From contig CAWDOY010000001.1 of the NCBI GenBank assembly GCA_963803975.1, forward strand, positions 96,001-160,000: DNA of 64,000 nucleotides, written 5' to 3'. Positions 63,297 through 64,000 of this stretch are shown here, in pieces; position 1 is the stretch's first letter, and the number at the start of each line of letters is the position of its first letter. Below the pieces are notes generated by a model that was not told where the DNA came from, made no database searches, and was given only the letters and a program-made list of their open reading frames with translations. Both the position numbers and the translations under genes were made by a program. Source of the DNA: an uncultured delta proteobacterium. Lineage in GTDB: Bacteria; Desulfobacterota; WTBG01; CAIYCZ01.

Positions 63297-63881
63297 TCAT
63301 TTTTTTCGAAGAGCATCCCCCAGCTTTTTGCCAGCATCTTCCGCGCGATTTATGACCTCGGGCATGTCATCGACATCATTCATGCCAATTGCCTCTGCAA
63401 TTTTATCTACAAGGTTCAGCCTATGGGAGCCTCCCATACAAAGTGTTAGTTCCTCTATCGTCTTTTCGTGGCCTGCCCCGGCAACAGTTGTTACAACCAC
63501 GCCGAACTTCCCTGCAAGAGGCCGCTGCCCCATAAAGGGCATATCAGGGTCATACATAGGGCCGATACCCCGGTAGTAAAGAGCCAGACTCCTGTCAATA
63601 AAACATTTAACAGCACCAGAGATGTTCATAAAGTAAGTCGGTGAACCGAGAATAATCGCATCAGCACCCAATAATTTTCCGTAGAGTCCCTGCATATCAT
63701 CCTCTATGGGGCACTTCCCTTCATTCATCATACATTCAGAGCATCCGGTACAGGGCTTTATTTCAAGTTTGCCCAGTTCTACAATTTCATAATCGACCCC
63801 GGATGCTTTAGCAATTTTTTTAACCAGCTTGTTTGTATTACTTTCTTCCCTTAAACCTCCACAAATAGCTAAAATTCTCAT
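63297..63881 (-). CDS. Flavodoxin-fold iron-sulfur flavoprotein (Isf-like)
   Basis: SNT, PCTGCSEC.....CPIEDDM, GSPTYF, KCFIDR. Confidence 0.9.
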   Translation of the reverse strand: MRILAICGGLREESNTNKLVKKIAKASGVDYEIVELGKLEIKPCTGCSECMMNEGKCPIEDDMQGLYGKLLGADAIILGSPTYFMNISGAVKCFIDRSLALYYRGIGPMYDPDMPFMGQRPLAGKFGVVVTTVAGAGHEKTIEELTLCMGGSHRLNLVDKIAEAIGMNDVDDMPEVINRAEDAGKKLGDALRKK

Positions 63882-64000
63882 AACGCATTCCTCCTGTTTT
63901 AATAAGGTCTATGATCTTTTGTTTGATAGAAACTGCCTTGTCATCTACAGGTGTAGAATTTTGCCAAGCCACTGATCATTTTATTGTTACATTGCCTGCG

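Overview
64 kb of a bacterial chromosome, most likely an anaerobic deltaproteobacterium (Desulfobacterota-like). This is inferred from MglA, SgmX-like TPR and DUF4388 genes, a type IV pilin, CCG/Fe-S redox proteins and DmsAB-like genes. Housekeeping genes (secA, greA, ruvCAB, purM, psd, radA, plsC, trpF-like) alternate with accessory blocks. About a dozen genes are broken by small indels, mostly single-base insertions, which look more like long-read consensus errors than real decay. The best candidate for an undescribed system is a co-oriented 10-gene cluster at 44719-54563. It contains a BPL_N/class-I glutamine-amidotransferase-like protein, a Methanosarcina-like HdrE/HdrD pair, an SsuABC/NitT-type ABC importer, a ferredoxin-dependent bilin-reductase-fold protein with no heme oxygenase nearby, and the radical SAM + GNAT + AIR-synthase-like trio (NitD/E/F) of the Nit1C/MSMEG_0567-0568 system without its nitrilase. 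Other highlights: an 8-cysteine insertion in the variable subdomain of SecA; an MglA with Ser at the G21 position and a long tail, lacking an adjacent mglB, in a SgmX-like/TPR/DUF4388/AAA/pilin cluster; a 122-bp MITE with a TA duplication disrupting a TrmH gene; several other MITE-like and short-period repeat families; a tandem-repeat surface protein with a possible attenuator leader; and a solitary MmeI-type restriction-modification gene. I saw no rRNA, tRNA or CRISPR array. All family assignments come from motif recognition and were not checked by any database search.
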